DNA from: an uncultured Clostridia bacterium
Lineage (GTDB): Bacteria; Bacillota; Clostridia; TANB77; CAG-508
Direction: 5' to 3'
DNA: 64,000 bases
Assembly: GCA_944392105.1 (NCBI GenBank)
Contig: CALXVM010000001.1
Span: 110,514-174,513 of the forward strand
Part shown: one piece after another, positions 39,127-49,572 of the stretch
How positions within the stretch are numbered: the stretch's first letter is position 1
Layout: the number at the start of each line of letters is the position of its first letter
Notes under the pieces: generated by a model
Seen by the model: only the letters and a program-made list of their open reading frames with translations
What the model was told of the DNA's origin: nothing
Database searches by the model: none
Made by a program: the position numbers and the translations under genes

Positions 39127-39717
39127 ATGAAAATAGGAATTGATATTGATGGAGTTTTAACAGATATAGAAAAATATATATGTGACTATGGTACAAAATT
39201 TTGTTATGAAAATAATATACCAATAAATATAGAGCATATATACTATGATGAAAGAAAATTATTCGGTTGGGATAAAGAACAAGATACAAAATTTTGGAAT
39301 GACTATTTAGAAAACTATGTAAAAAATTCTAAGCCTAGAGATTGTGCAGTAGAAGTTATAAATAAGTTAAAGGAACATAACGAAATATATTTAATAACTG
39401 CTAGAAATGATTATGGCTTGCCTTTAGATGATAGAGAAAAAATGCCAGAATTTACAAAAAAATGGTTAGAAGATAACCAAATATACTATGATAAATTAGT
39501 GTTTAAACCAGACAGCGAAAAACTAGATTATTGCTTAGAAAATGGAATAGATGTAATGATAGAAGATAGCCCCAATAATGTAAAAAATATATCTAGTAAA
39601 ATGAAAGTTATGTGCTATAACTGTATGTACAATGCGGACATAGAAGGAGAAAACATAATAAGAGTTTATGGTTGGTATGATATTTTGGAAAAAATGTCAA
39701 TGAAATTACCAAAGTAA
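39127..39717 (+). CDS. HAD-superfamily 5'(3')-deoxyribonucleotidase-like phosphatase
   Basis: MKIGIDIDGVLTD (DxDxV/T motif). AAGGAGG site. Confidence 0.55.
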   Translation: MKIGIDIDGVLTDIEKYICDYGTKFCYENNIPINIEHIYYDERKLFGWDKEQDTKFWNDYLENYVKNSKPRDCAVEVINKLKEHNEIYLITARNDYGLPLDDREKMPEFTKKWLEDNQIYYDKLVFKPDSEKLDYCLENGIDVMIEDSPNNVKNISSKMKVMCYNCMYNADIEGENIIRVYGWYDILEKMSMKLPK

Positions 39718-39775
39718 TGATTAAGCTAATATTATATACATGACAATCTGCCTGGTAAAGTCTAGCTAACAACCA

Positions 39776-39809
39776 GCACGTAAGCATAAATAATGTTTAC
39801 GTGCTTTTT
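39776..39809. terminator. Bidirectional rho-independent terminator
   Basis: gcacgtaa...ttacgtgc followed by TTTTT. Confidence 0.7.
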
Positions 39810-39813
39810 AAAC

Positions 39814-40200
39814 TTACTGCTTTTTTATTTTAGGTTTAGCTAAAAGAGAGGCAATATAGCCAAAGAATATTGCAGCTGCAATTCCGCCAGCGGCTGCTTT
39901 AACTCCACCTATAAATGCACCAAGCAGTCCAATATTTTGTACTTCTTGAATAGCTCCTTTGGCTAAGTTTGCACCAAAACCTAAAAGTGGAACTGTTGCT
40001 CCTGCACCTGCAAATTCTATTAAGTATTTGTATATTCCAAGTCCACCTAAAATTGCTCCAATTGTAACAAATAGTACTAATATTCTAGCTGAGGTTAATT
40101 TTGTTTTATCAATTAATATTTGTCCAACTACACAAATTAATCCGCCAACAATAAAGCATCTTAATAGTAACATCCAATCAATACTTTGTAAAAATTCCAT
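39814..40200 (-). CDS. spoVAE: Stage V sporulation protein AE
   Basis: SpoVAC/SpoVAEB-type Gly-rich membrane protein (...GATVPLLGFGANLAKGAIQEVQNIGLLGAF...). Confidence 0.8.
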   Translation of the reverse strand: MEFLQSIDWMLLLRCFIVGGLICVVGQILIDKTKLTSARILVLFVTIGAILGGLGIYKYLIEFAGAGATVPLLGFGANLAKGAIQEVQNIGLLGAFIGGVKAAAGGIAAAIFFGYIASLLAKPKIKKQ

Positions 40201-40325
40201 AATTATTGTAATTCCTTTCTTTTACTTTAATGCGAATAACCTATATAAATAAAAATGCAAAAATCAATTAGTTGCTGTTTTATAGGTACAATTGCATTAA
40301 TTTAAAATTTATAATAATATTTCTC

Positions 40326-41330
40326 TTAATTTTCTATGGCAATTGCATGGGCAATTCCAGGGATTGATTCTCCTTGCTGTGAACTTGTTGCATTCATTAA
40401 AGCGCCTGTTGCCATAAGTAATATTTTGTTTATTTTTCTATTTTTTAATTCTTTAAATAAATATCCTGAAAAAGTAGTAGCAATACATGCACAGCCACTT
40501 CCACCAGAATGTGTGTCTTGCTCATCTTTATTAAAAATAAGAACACCACAATCGTTGTAGTTACTTTTTATATTATATCCTTTTGTTTTTGCGAGGTCTG
40601 TTAAAATGTCTTTTCCAATATAACCTAAATCGCCAGTAATTATTAGGTCATAGTAGCTTGGCTTTCTACCTGTATCTTGAAAATGTGCAATTAATGTGTC
40701 AAGGGCAGCAGGTGCCATAGCAGCTCCCATATTGTTTGCGTCTTTTATTCCCATATCTACAATTCTACCAGGAGTAATATGTGTAATGTATGGACCAGTG
40801 CCGTTTTTTGTTAAAAGTGCTGCACCAGAGCCAGTAACAGTCCACTGAGCTGTTGGCGTACGTTGATTTCCAAGTTCAAGAGGAAATCTAAATTGTTTTT
40901 CTGCACTACAAAAATGGCTAGAGGTAGCGCAAAGTACATTTGTTGCACCTCCACCTTCTATAAAAACACTACCTATGCACAATCCTTCAACAAATGTGGA
41001 ACAAGCGCCAAATATTCCGAAAAAAGGGATGTTTAAATCTCGTAAACCAAAATTTGTAGATATACATTGGTTTAAAAGGTCTCCTGCAAAGCAATAATCA
41101 ATTTTGTCGGCAGGAATACCAGATTTAAAAATTAATGTATTTACATTTTCTCGTATTATTTTACTTTCAGCCTTTTCCCAAGTTTTTTCTCCCCAAAACT
41201 CATCTTCTAAGCATTGGTCAAAATACTTAGCAAGTGGTCCTTGACCTTCTTTAGGACCAACAATTGAAGATGTTTCCAAAATAGTTGGGGGAGTATTAAA
41301 TTTTATAGTTTGCTTTCCAATTCTCTCCAT
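40326..41330 (-). CDS. spoVAD: Stage V sporulation protein AD (thiolase / FabH-like fold)
   Basis: MERIGKQTIKFNTPPTILETSSIVGPKEGQGPL...; AAGGAG site. Confidence 0.85.
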   Translation of the reverse strand: MERIGKQTIKFNTPPTILETSSIVGPKEGQGPLAKYFDQCLEDEFWGEKTWEKAESKIIRENVNTLIFKSGIPADKIDYCFAGDLLNQCISTNFGLRDLNIPFFGIFGACSTFVEGLCIGSVFIEGGGATNVLCATSSHFCSAEKQFRFPLELGNQRTPTAQWTVTGSGAALLTKNGTGPYITHITPGRIVDMGIKDANNMGAAMAPAALDTLIAHFQDTGRKPSYYDLIITGDLGYIGKDILTDLAKTKGYNIKSNYNDCGVLIFNKDEQDTHSGGSGCACIATTFSGYLFKELKNRKINKILLMATGALMNATSSQQGESIPGIAHAIAIEN

Positions 41331-41544
41331 AAACGCAATAAACTCCTTTTTAATTTTAAACTTTTGGTTTTAAATAAAAATAAGTTATTTATAAAAGTAA
41401 ATTTACTAAAATAAGTTTATAAATATTTATTAAAACTATTTTTAATGAAATAAGTGTATAAATATTGAGTAAAAATAGTTTGCTAAAATAAACCTATAAA
41501 TTATTAAATAAAATTCTTATATTAAAATGCCTTTAAAATACTGT

Positions 41545-41991
41545 TTAGAAAAATGCTGCAATTATACCTATTATTACAGAAGTAGATATACCAAAAACAA
41601 GTACAGGACCTGCTACTGTAAACATTTTTCCGCCAACACCCATAACATATCCTTCTGATTTATATTCTATAGCAGGAGAAACAATAGAGTTTGCGAATCC
41701 TGTAATAGGAATTAGTGAGCCTGCACCTGCAAATTTTCCAATTTTATTGAATATATTTAAACTTGTTAAAAGTGCAGAAATTCCAATTAAAATAATAGAC
41801 ACAATTGTAGCAGAAGATGTTTCGTCCAAGCCTTTGTATTTGCAGTAAAACAAGATAATTTGTCCAATAGAGCAAATTAATCCTCCTACCCAAAACGCAT
41901 TAAAGCAATTCTTTAAAATAGGGGAGTTTGGCGACTTTTTATCTACATATTTACTATATTCTTGTTTAGTTTCTAAAGGGTTATTCTCCAT
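41545..41991 (-). CDS. spoVAC: Stage V sporulation protein AC
   Basis: ...NAFWVGGLICSIGQIILFY...GAGSLIPITGFANSIVSPAIEYKSEGYVMGVGGKMFTVAGPV... Confidence 0.85.
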   Translation of the reverse strand: MENNPLETKQEYSKYVDKKSPNSPILKNCFNAFWVGGLICSIGQIILFYCKYKGLDETSSATIVSIILIGISALLTSLNIFNKIGKFAGAGSLIPITGFANSIVSPAIEYKSEGYVMGVGGKMFTVAGPVLVFGISTSVIIGIIAAFF

Positions 41992-42215
41992 AAAATTTTC
42001 TAATGTTATATTTGATAATTAAATACAACATATACTCCTTGTATAATATATTTAGGTTTTTAAAAGGTTCCCTATAAACCTTTATATAACAATTATTTCA
42101 TAATATAATTATTATGCTGACACTGTGGAATCTTATTGCTCCTTGTTAATATATTTTAATAATTCATAACTGTATTTTAATGTGTTTAACTTATTTTGCG
42201 ATTATAAATTAAATA

Positions 42216-42428
42216 CTAATCTCTGTCTCGGTCTATAATAAATGAAATATCTAAATCAACAAAATATTGAGTTAGTTTTTTTCCGTCTATTTGAGCTCGT
42301 TGGTCAATAACACGTACAGAAGATAAGTAATCTATTGTTTTAGATGCCTCACTTACAGCTTGTACTACTGCATCTTTCCAAGAAACAGTAGAAGAACCTG
42401 TTATACTTAAATGTTTTTCAATTCCCAT
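42216..42428 (-). CDS. Dodecin-family (flavin-binding) small protein
   Basis: MGIEKHLSITGSSTVSWKDAVVQAVSEASKTIDYLSSVRVIDQRAQIDGKKLTQYFVDLDISF matches the dodecin pattern. GGAGG site 8 nt upstream. Confidence 0.65.
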   Translation of the reverse strand: MGIEKHLSITGSSTVSWKDAVVQAVSEASKTIDYLSSVRVIDQRAQIDGKKLTQYFVDLDISFIIDRDRD

Positions 42429-42949
42429 TAAAATCAACCTCCAATTAAATTTATAATTATATATTTTCCGAAATTTCTAAAATTATACAAAGATTTATAT
42501 AAACTATTAAATATGATAAAAAATACATTATTTAACTACCATAGAAATATATGTGAATTTGAATAATATAGTTGGCAAATATAATTTTGTCGAAAAATGG
42601 AGAAAAAATAAATATAAAAATGTTGCATTTATGAAAAAAAAGTGGTAGTATATAACAGTAACTGTGAATAGTACAGAACAAACATATACATTTATCCACA
42701 GTACAGATATGAAAAAACTAAAATTAAATATTTAAAGCCGTTTGGAGAAAGCAAAGTAGGTATAAGAAGAGATATTATAGAGAGATGGGATTGTAGCTGG
42801 AAGCCTGTTATATCCTTATATTGAAATTTCACTTTTGAGGTTCTTTTTTGAACAAATAGCAAATACATGAGATACTTATAAATATATAAGTATCCTAAAA
42901 ACTTTTAATATTTAGTATAACTTTATATTAAATATTAAAAAAGATATGT

Positions 42950-43166
42950 TTTATTATTTAAGTAGAGAAAGACGTTAGCTACGATATAGCTATAATGAGG
43001 TTAATACAAATTTATTTATGCGACAAAAATTAAACGACTACATATAAACGACTGTATACAAGTGTATAATTATTTTAATAAGGCATAATAAATTTATTAA
43101 TAAAGATAGGTGGTACCACGATATCCATTTCGTCCTATTGCAAGGATGAAATGGATTTTTTGATAT
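42950..43166 (+). promoter_or_regulatory. T-box riboswitch leader of pheS-pheT (5' boundary approximate)
   Basis: Conserved T-box sequence aGGTGGTACCACG at 43108-43120, overlapping the 5' arm of the terminator atccatttcgtcct...aggatgaaatggat (43121-43160) plus a T-run. An AGAGA box lies near 42966. Confidence 0.75.
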
Positions 43167-43273
43167 ATAAAATTCAGTTGAGAATTTATAAAACATATCA
43201 AATTATTATAAAATATATCAAATTAGATTATAAATAAGTTTATCTAATTTTGAAAAGAAGAAAGGAGTTTTAT

Positions 43274-44299
43274 ATGAAAGAGCAAATTGAAAAGATTAGA
43301 CAGTCAGCACTAGAAGAAATTAAAAATGCAAATGATGAAAAAGTCCTAAATGATGCTAGAGTTAAATACTTAGGAAAAAAGGGAGAGCTAACTTTAATTT
43401 TAAGAGGTATGGGTGGACCTTCACCAGAAGAAAGACCTGTAATAGGAAGCTTAGTAAATGAAGTTAGAGACGAAATTGAAAATTTAATAGAAGAAAGAGA
43501 AAAAGAATTTAAAACAGCAGAAATAAAAAGAAAGCTAGAGCATGAAAAGATAGATGTAACAATGCCAGGTAAAAAGATAAACTTAGGCAGTGTTCATCCT
43601 ATAACACAAATAATAAAAGATATGGAAGAAATATTTATAGGAATGGGGTATGAAATAGCAGATGGACCAGAGGTAGAACTTGCAGAGTATAATTTTGATA
43701 AATTAAACACACCACCAGACCATCCAGCAAGAGATATACAAGATACTTTTTACGTAACAGATGACATAGTTCTAAGGTCACAAACATCACCTGTTCAAGC
43801 TAGAGTAATGGAAACACAAAAACCACCAATTAAAATAGTATGTCCTGGTGTGGTTTATCGTTCAGACAGTGTAGATGCAACACACTCACCAGTATTCCAC
43901 CAAATAGAAGGATTAGTAGTTGATAAAAATATATCAATGGGAGATTTAAAAGGAACATTAGAAATGTTTGCTAAAAAGTGCTTAGGAGAAAAAACACAAA
44001 TAAGATTTAGACCACATCATTTCCCATTTACAGAACCTAGTGCAGAAGCAGACGTATCATGCTTCGTATGTGGAGGAAAAGGATGTAGAGTGTGTAAAGG
44101 CGAAGGCTGGATAGAACTTTTAGGATGCGGTATGGTACACCCTAATGTACTTAGAAACTGCGGAATAGACCCAGAAGAATATTCAGGATTTGCATTTGGC
44201 TGTGGAATAGAAAGAATAGCTATGGCAAAATTCGGAATAGACGACATGCGTTTATTATACGAAAATGATGTACGTTTTTTAAAACAATTTGGAAATTAG
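43274..44299 (+). CDS. pheS: Phenylalanine--tRNA ligase alpha subunit
   Basis: [17 protein letters not shown]...; class II motifs; GAAGGAG site. Confidence 0.95.
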   Translation: MKEQIEKIRQSALEEIKNANDEKVLNDARVKYLGKKGELTLILRGMGGPSPEERPVIGSLVNEVRDEIENLIEEREKEFKTAEIKRKLEHEKIDVTMPGKKINLGSVHPITQIIKDMEEIFIGMGYEIADGPEVELAEYNFDKLNTPPDHPARDIQDTFYVTDDIVLRSQTSPVQARVMETQKPPIKIVCPGVVYRSDSVDATHSPVFHQIEGLVVDKNISMGDLKGTLEMFAKKCLGEKTQIRFRPHHFPFTEPSAEADVSCFVCGGKGCRVCKGEGWIELLGCGMVHPNVLRNCGIDPEEYSGFAFGCGIERIAMAKFGIDDMRLLYENDVRFLKQFGN

Positions 44300-44384
44300 G
44301 AAATTGGGACCAGATCCAAATTTCCGAAAATGAGAAATTGGGACCAGATCTAAATTTCCGAAATTAAGAAATTAGTGACAGGTC
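44300..44384 (+). repeat. Tandem direct repeats (two full copies and one partial) of gaaattgggaccagatc(c/t)aaatttccgaaa (repeat family A), inserted between pheS and pheT
   Basis: Copies at 44300-44330 and 44335-44366, with a partial copy at 44368-44384. Confidence 0.85.
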
Positions 44385-44438
44385 AAAATATTATATGTAT
44401 AAGAAAAAAGCAGAAAAATTAGAAAGGATGTAAAGTAA

Positions 44439-46859
44439 ATGAAAGCAAGTATAGAATGGTTAAATGAATATGCAGACATAGGTGTTTCTGCAAAAGAATT
44501 AGGAGATATTCTTACTATGACTGGGTCTAAGGTTGAGACTATAGATGACAAAGGTGACGAAATTAAGAATGTTGTTGTAGGAAAAATATTAGAAGTAAAA
44601 AAGCATATTAATGCAGATAAATTGGTTGTTACTAAAGTAGATGTTGGAAATGGGGAGACTTTGCAAATTGTTACTGGAGCACCTAATATTATAGTTGGTA
44701 CATCCGGACAAATTGTGCCAGTAGCGAAGCCAAATTCAATGCTTCCAGGAGGAAGAGAAATTAAAGCTGGAAAGCTTCGTGGAATTGAGTCATGTGGAAT
44801 GCTTTGTTCTATTGGCGAGCTTGGAATTGATCCTGCAGCTTATCCAGATGCAATAGAGGATGGAATATTTATTTTAGACAATAAATATGAGAAAAATATA
44901 GGAGAAAATATTGTAGATATATTAGGTTTAGGTGAATCTATAATAGATTTTGAAATAACACCTAACAGACCAGATTGTTTATCTATAGAGGGCTTAGGAA
45001 GAGAGACAGCTGTTTCACTTAATAAACCATTTAAAAATCCTAGAAAAAATTTAGATGAGATGAAAGTAGAAAACAAAAAAGAACTAGAAGGTTTAACTGT
45101 AGAAATTTCTGCACCAGATTTATGTTATAGATATATAGCAAGAGTTGCAAAAAATGTTAAAATAGGTCCTTCTCCAGATTGGATGGTAAGAAGACTTAAT
45201 GCATGTGGAGTAAGGTCTATAAATAATATTGTTGATATAACAAACTATGTTATGCTAGAGCTTGGTCAACCAATGCATGCATTTGATATTAATTCAATTG
45301 AAGGAAGACATATTAATGTAAGAAGAGCAAAAGCTGATGAGGAAATAGTAACATTAGATAGTCAAAAAAGAAAGCTAGATGAGAATATGCTTGTTATTGC
45401 AGATAGCAAAAAGCCTGTTGCAATTGCAGGAGTAATGGGTGGCGAAAACTCAGAAATAGAAAATGATACTGAAACAATAGTATTTGAGTCAGCTGTATTT
45501 TATGGCGGAAGTGTTAGAAAAACTGCAAAAGCAGTAGGCTTAAGAACAGAAGCTTCGAGTAGATATGAAAAAGGATTATCTCCTGAAAATGCTTTAAGAG
45601 CTGTAAACAGAGCAGTAGAGTTAGTAGAGCTATTAGGAGCAGGAGAGCCTGTAGAAGGTATGGTTGATGTTTATCCAACAAAACAAAAAACTGTAGAAAT
45701 TCCACTAGAAGTAGACAGAATAAACAGACTATTAGGCACAAATATATCTAAAGAAGAAATGATAAATATTCTTAATAAATTAGATATAAAAGTTGAAAAT
45801 GATGTCGTAAAACCTCCATTTTTCAGACAAGATATTGAACAAACAGCAGATGTAGCAGAGGAAATACTACGTTTCTATGGCTATGATAAATTGGAAACAA
45901 CATTAGTTAGTGCAGATACAACTTTAGGCGGAAGAAATAAAAAACAGACTATAGAAGATAAAATATCAGATTTACTTGTACATAGTGGCTTATCTGAAAT
46001 TTGCACATATGGATTTGTTAGTGAAAACGATTTAAGAAAATGTAATATTTCTAAAGATAGCGTTTATGCTAAACAATCAATTAAAATAAAAAATCCATTA
46101 AGTGAAGATTATACAATGATGAAAACAACTTCTGTTCCATCTATGATGCAAATGCTAGAAAACAACAATAACTATAAAAACAAAAATGTTAAATTATTTG
46201 ATATCTCTAGGATTTATAAAAATGTTAATGAAAACATTGAAAAGGGAGAACTTCCAGAAGAAGATACAATTCTTACTATAGGTATGTATGGGGATGATGT
46301 AGACTTTTATGTATTAAAAGGTTTAGTAGAAAATGTTTTAAGCATTGCAGGAGTTGCTAAATATGATGTAGTAAAAGAAACAGAAAACGAAATGTATCAT
46401 CCAGGAAGATGTGCAAACTTAAAAGTTGGCAAAGACGTAATAGGAACAATGGGTGAAGTAAATCCACTTCTTGCAACAAATTACGACATTTCTCAAAGAA
46501 TATTATTTGCAGAAATAAATATAGACAAAATAATAAAATATTCTAGAAATGTAAAGAAATATGTACCAATTCCAAAATATCCTGCTGTTGAAAGAGATAT
46601 TGCGATGGTAGTAGATGAAGATGTTGAAGTTGGTCAAATAGAAAAAATAATAGAGAAAAAAGCAAGAAAAGTATTAGAAGAAGCCAAACTATTTGACGTA
46701 TATAGAAGCGAAAAAATAGGAGAAGGAAAGAAAAGCGTTGCATATGCACTTAAATTTAGAGTACCAGACAGAACATTAACAGACGAAGAAGTAAATGTTG
46801 TTATGAAAGAAGTTTTAGATGGACTAGAAAAAGAATTACATGCTGAGCTTAGAAAATAA
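44439..46859 (+). CDS. pheT: Phenylalanine--tRNA ligase beta subunit
   Basis: 806 aa with tRNA-binding, B3/B4, B5 and anticodon-binding regions. Confidence 0.95.
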   Translation: MKASIEWLNEYADIGVSAKELGDILTMTGSKVETIDDKGDEIKNVVVGKILEVKKHINADKLVVTKVDVGNGETLQIVTGAPNIIVGTSGQIVPVAKPNSMLPGGREIKAGKLRGIESCGMLCSIGELGIDPAAYPDAIEDGIFILDNKYEKNIGENIVDILGLGESIIDFEITPNRPDCLSIEGLGRETAVSLNKPFKNPRKNLDEMKVENKKELEGLTVEISAPDLCYRYIARVAKNVKIGPSPDWMVRRLNACGVRSINNIVDITNYVMLELGQPMHAFDINSIEGRHINVRRAKADEEIVTLDSQKRKLDENMLVIADSKKPVAIAGVMGGENSEIENDTETIVFESAVFYGGSVRKTAKAVGLRTEASSRYEKGLSPENALRAVNRAVELVELLGAGEPVEGMVDVYPTKQKTVEIPLEVDRINRLLGTNISKEEMINILNKLDIKVENDVVKPPFFRQDIEQTADVAEEILRFYGYDKLETTLVSADTTLGGRNKKQTIEDKISDLLVHSGLSEICTYGFVSENDLRKCNISKDSVYAKQSIKIKNPLSEDYTMMKTTSVPSMMQMLENNNNYKNKNVKLFDISRIYKNVNENIEKGELPEEDTILTIGMYGDDVDFYVLKGLVENVLSIAGVAKYDVVKETENEMYHPGRCANLKVGKDVIGTMGEVNPLLATNYDISQRILFAEINIDKIIKYSRNVKKYVPIPKYPAVERDIAMVVDEDVEVGQIEKIIEKKARKVLEEAKLFDVYRSEKIGEGKKSVAYALKFRVPDRTLTDEEVNVVMKEVLDGLEKELHAELRK

Positions 46860-46962
46860 TTGTCAGTTGTCAAAGAAGAGGTTGTCAGCGGGGACGGAGA
46901 AATTTGACAACCTTGTCAATGAAAACGGAGAAGCTGTCAGTGAGGACAGAGATTTTGATACA
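46860..46962 (+). repeat. Cluster of family B repeat units (gttgtcagcggggacggagaaatttgacaacc plus degenerate copies), directly after the pheT stop
   Basis: Unit at 46881-46912; degenerate unit at 46934-46962; partial units flank them. Homologous to the palindromic element at 14227-14351. Confidence 0.75.
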
Positions 46963-47010
46963 AAAAAGAAATAGCTCTTTAAATTATAAAAAGAAGCTAT
47001 TTCTTTTTTG
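46962..47010. terminator. Bidirectional rho-independent terminator
   Basis: A-run, then agaaatagct...agctatttct, then T6. Confidence 0.8.
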
Positions 47011-47029
47011 TGCTAATGTATAGTAGAAT

Positions 47030-47917
47030 TTATATTTTACTAAAAATTCTTTCCAAAATTTCAACAGCGATTTTTTCAGTTACTTTATCCTTATCTAAAA
47101 GTGGGTTAAGCTCTACTAGGTCTAATGATTTTACAGTTTTATCACTAATTTTTTCGCTTATTAAATCAGCAATTTTATAAGCTTCATCTAAATTAATTCC
47201 ATGGGTAGCGGGAATAGATACACCAGGTGCAATCTTAGGGTCTATTACATCTAAATCATAGCTTATATGAACTCCATCAGTTCCGTTTGAGGCTATTTCT
47301 ATTGCTTTCTTAAACATTGCTTCCGCACCATATTTGTGTATATCTTCTGTTGAAATTAAAGTAACACCTGCATCTGTAATATTTGGCAATTCTAATTCGT
47401 CAATATCTCTTCCTCCTAGTATTACAGCATTATGTGGATTATAAAAATTGCCATTATGAAAATCTGCCAAAAGTTGTTTCTCATATCCTGTAATAACTGC
47501 ATAAGGTAAGCCATGTAGATTACCAGATTGTGTAGTTGCAAATGTATTGTAGTCTCCATGTGCATCTACCCAAATAATTCCCATGTTTTTATATTTATTT
47601 ATAGAAGCAAGTGCAGAAGCAATTGCTATAACATGGTCTCCACCTAAAGTTACAGGAAATTCCTCTTTTTTAATTACTTCGTTTACTAAATTGTACAATT
47701 CAGTATTAAACTTGTTTACAGGAAGCAAGTTTTTCTTTTTATTGTTTTTATCTAATTCTTTTTCAGCTTCTTCTGCATGTAAAGTGTAGAAATTTGTTAT
47801 TTTTCCTCCAAGCTCAGTTTCTTGAACATCTTTAGAAATTGCTTCTGGACCAAATTTTGCACCATTTACATGAACTCCAAAGTCTGAACAAGCACTTATT
47901 ATTGAAAAATTTTTCAT
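47030..47917 (-). CDS. Arginase-family ureohydrolase (arginase / agmatinase / formiminoglutamase)
   Basis: Metal-binding motifs GGDHVI, DAHGD and SYDLDVIDP. Confidence 0.75.
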   Translation of the reverse strand: MKNFSIISACSDFGVHVNGAKFGPEAISKDVQETELGGKITNFYTLHAEEAEKELDKNNKKKNLLPVNKFNTELYNLVNEVIKKEEFPVTLGGDHVIAIASALASINKYKNMGIIWVDAHGDYNTFATTQSGNLHGLPYAVITGYEKQLLADFHNGNFYNPHNAVILGGRDIDELELPNITDAGVTLISTEDIHKYGAEAMFKKAIEIASNGTDGVHISYDLDVIDPKIAPGVSIPATHGINLDEAYKIADLISEKISDKTVKSLDLVELNPLLDKDKVTEKIAVEILERIFSKI

Positions 47918-48121
47918 TTTATAAACACAACCTTTCGAAATTTAATAAATTTTATATTATTTGCATAAATTAATTCTTCACGCAAGTCATAATTATAACA
48001 TAACTAAAAAAAATAACAACCGTAAATTGAAAAATATTTTTGCCAAACATTCTATATTGACAAATGCATTCCATATTGATAAGATTATAATACAAAATTA
48101 GGTTATAATGTGGAGGCAAAA

Positions 48122-48625
48122 ATGGACTTTTATACTAAGATGTATCCCAAAGCATATTTTAATAATATTAAAGACGTATCTATAGAATTTTTGCAATCAC
48201 ATAATATAAAAGGGCTTCTTATAGATGTAGATAATACATTAATAGATTATAACAAAAATGTATTATTTGGAGTGAAAGAGTGGGTTGACAATATGAACAA
48301 CGAAGGCATAAAGTTATGTATTTTGTCAAACACTAATAATAAAAGAAAAGTTGAAAATGTTTCTAGGTACTTAGAAATTCCTTTTATTTATTTTGCGATG
48401 AAACCTTTAAAATTCGGATTTAAAAAAGGGATGAATAAATTAAAACTACCAAATAAAAACATAGCTGTAATAGGTGATCAACTTTTAACTGATGTGTTAG
48501 GGGCTAATAGGGCTGGTATGTATTCTATTTTAGTTAAGCCTATAAATGAAAAAGATATTTTAATTACAAAAATAAAAAGACCACTTGAAAAAAAGATTAT
48601 GAATAAGTATTTAAATAAGAAATAG
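48122..48625 (+). CDS. YqeG-family HAD-IIIA phosphatase
   Basis: ...IKGLLIDVDNTL...LSNTNNKRK...GDQLLTDVLGANRAG...; GGAGG site. Confidence 0.7.
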   Translation: MDFYTKMYPKAYFNNIKDVSIEFLQSHNIKGLLIDVDNTLIDYNKNVLFGVKEWVDNMNNEGIKLCILSNTNNKRKVENVSRYLEIPFIYFAMKPLKFGFKKGMNKLKLPNKNIAVIGDQLLTDVLGANRAGMYSILVKPINEKDILITKIKRPLEKKIMNKYLNKK

Positions 48626-48792
48626 TTAGTATTAAATTATTTTACAATACAAAATTTTATAAAAATGCAAATAAAGTAAATAGCATAGATTTGATTATAT
48701 TAGAAAATTAAATATAAAAATGAAAAAATTAATAAAACAAAAAATCGTAATAAATAAATCGAAAGAATAAATTAAGAAATGGAGAACAATAG

Positions 48793-49539
48793 ATGTATAT
48801 AAATGATATTAACATATTATATTATTTGGGAATAGGAATAATTGGACTCTTGGTTGGGCAGTTTATAGATTGGTGCAACAAGAGACTTCCAGAATATAAA
48901 AAAGTTTTTTCAAAAGAATTTTTTACAGTATATTTTAAAGAAGCAAAGCCAAAATATTTGTTAATGGTAATAACAGCTGCAATGTATGTAGGACTTTTAT
49001 ATTTCTTTGGTTTTAGTATAGATACACTTAAATATATGTTTTTAGTACCAATGCTTATAAGTGCATTTGTTATAGACTACAGGCTTCAAATAATACCCAA
49101 TAGATTAACACTTACAATTTTTGAGACAGGCTTAATTTTTACATTTGCTAGTGTTTTAATAAACACAAATGCTGGAATAAGTATATTTATGAACAATATG
49201 CTTGGAATGATAGTTGGTGGAGGAATTTTCTTAATTATTACACTTATAGGTGGATTAATTGCTGGAAAAGATGCCATGGGCTTTGGAGATGTTAAGCTAA
49301 TGGGAGCCTTAGGATTATTTTTTGGCTGGATGAACATAATAATGGTTGCAGTAATGGCATTTTTATTAGCAGCTGTAATAAGTATAATTATACTAGTTTC
49401 AAGAAGGAAAAAAGCAGATGAGTATATTCCTTTTGGACCTTTTATTGTAATAAGTGCAATAATTGCAATGTTTGTACCAAGCACATTATTGTTAACAGCA
49501 TTATTTAAAATATTTACATTGGGATTATATAAAGGATAA
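48793..49539 (+). CDS. Prepilin peptidase (A24 type IV leader peptidase)
   Basis: Polytopic membrane protein with GFGDVKLMGALGLFFG. Confidence 0.75.
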   Translation: MYINDINILYYLGIGIIGLLVGQFIDWCNKRLPEYKKVFSKEFFTVYFKEAKPKYLLMVITAAMYVGLLYFFGFSIDTLKYMFLVPMLISAFVIDYRLQIIPNRLTLTIFETGLIFTFASVLINTNAGISIFMNNMLGMIVGGGIFLIITLIGGLIAGKDAMGFGDVKLMGALGLFFGWMNIIMVAVMAFLLAAVISIIILVSRRKKADEYIPFGPFIVISAIIAMFVPSTLLLTALFKIFTLGLYKG

Positions 49540-49572
49540 TGTTTAATAATAGTTAATTATTATAATAAAGGG

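Noticed and set aside
42780-42950. Possible second riboswitch upstream of the T-box (agagagatgggattgtagctggaagcc...)
   Set aside because: No recognisable conserved riboswitch core could be identified by eye; it may simply be the 5' part of the T-box stem I region. An Infernal scan is needed.
44300-44384. Possible CRISPR array (short direct repeats)
   Set aside because: Only about 2.5 near-identical units with 4-5-nt gaps and no unique spacers; no cas genes. It belongs to the family A intergenic hairpin repeats.
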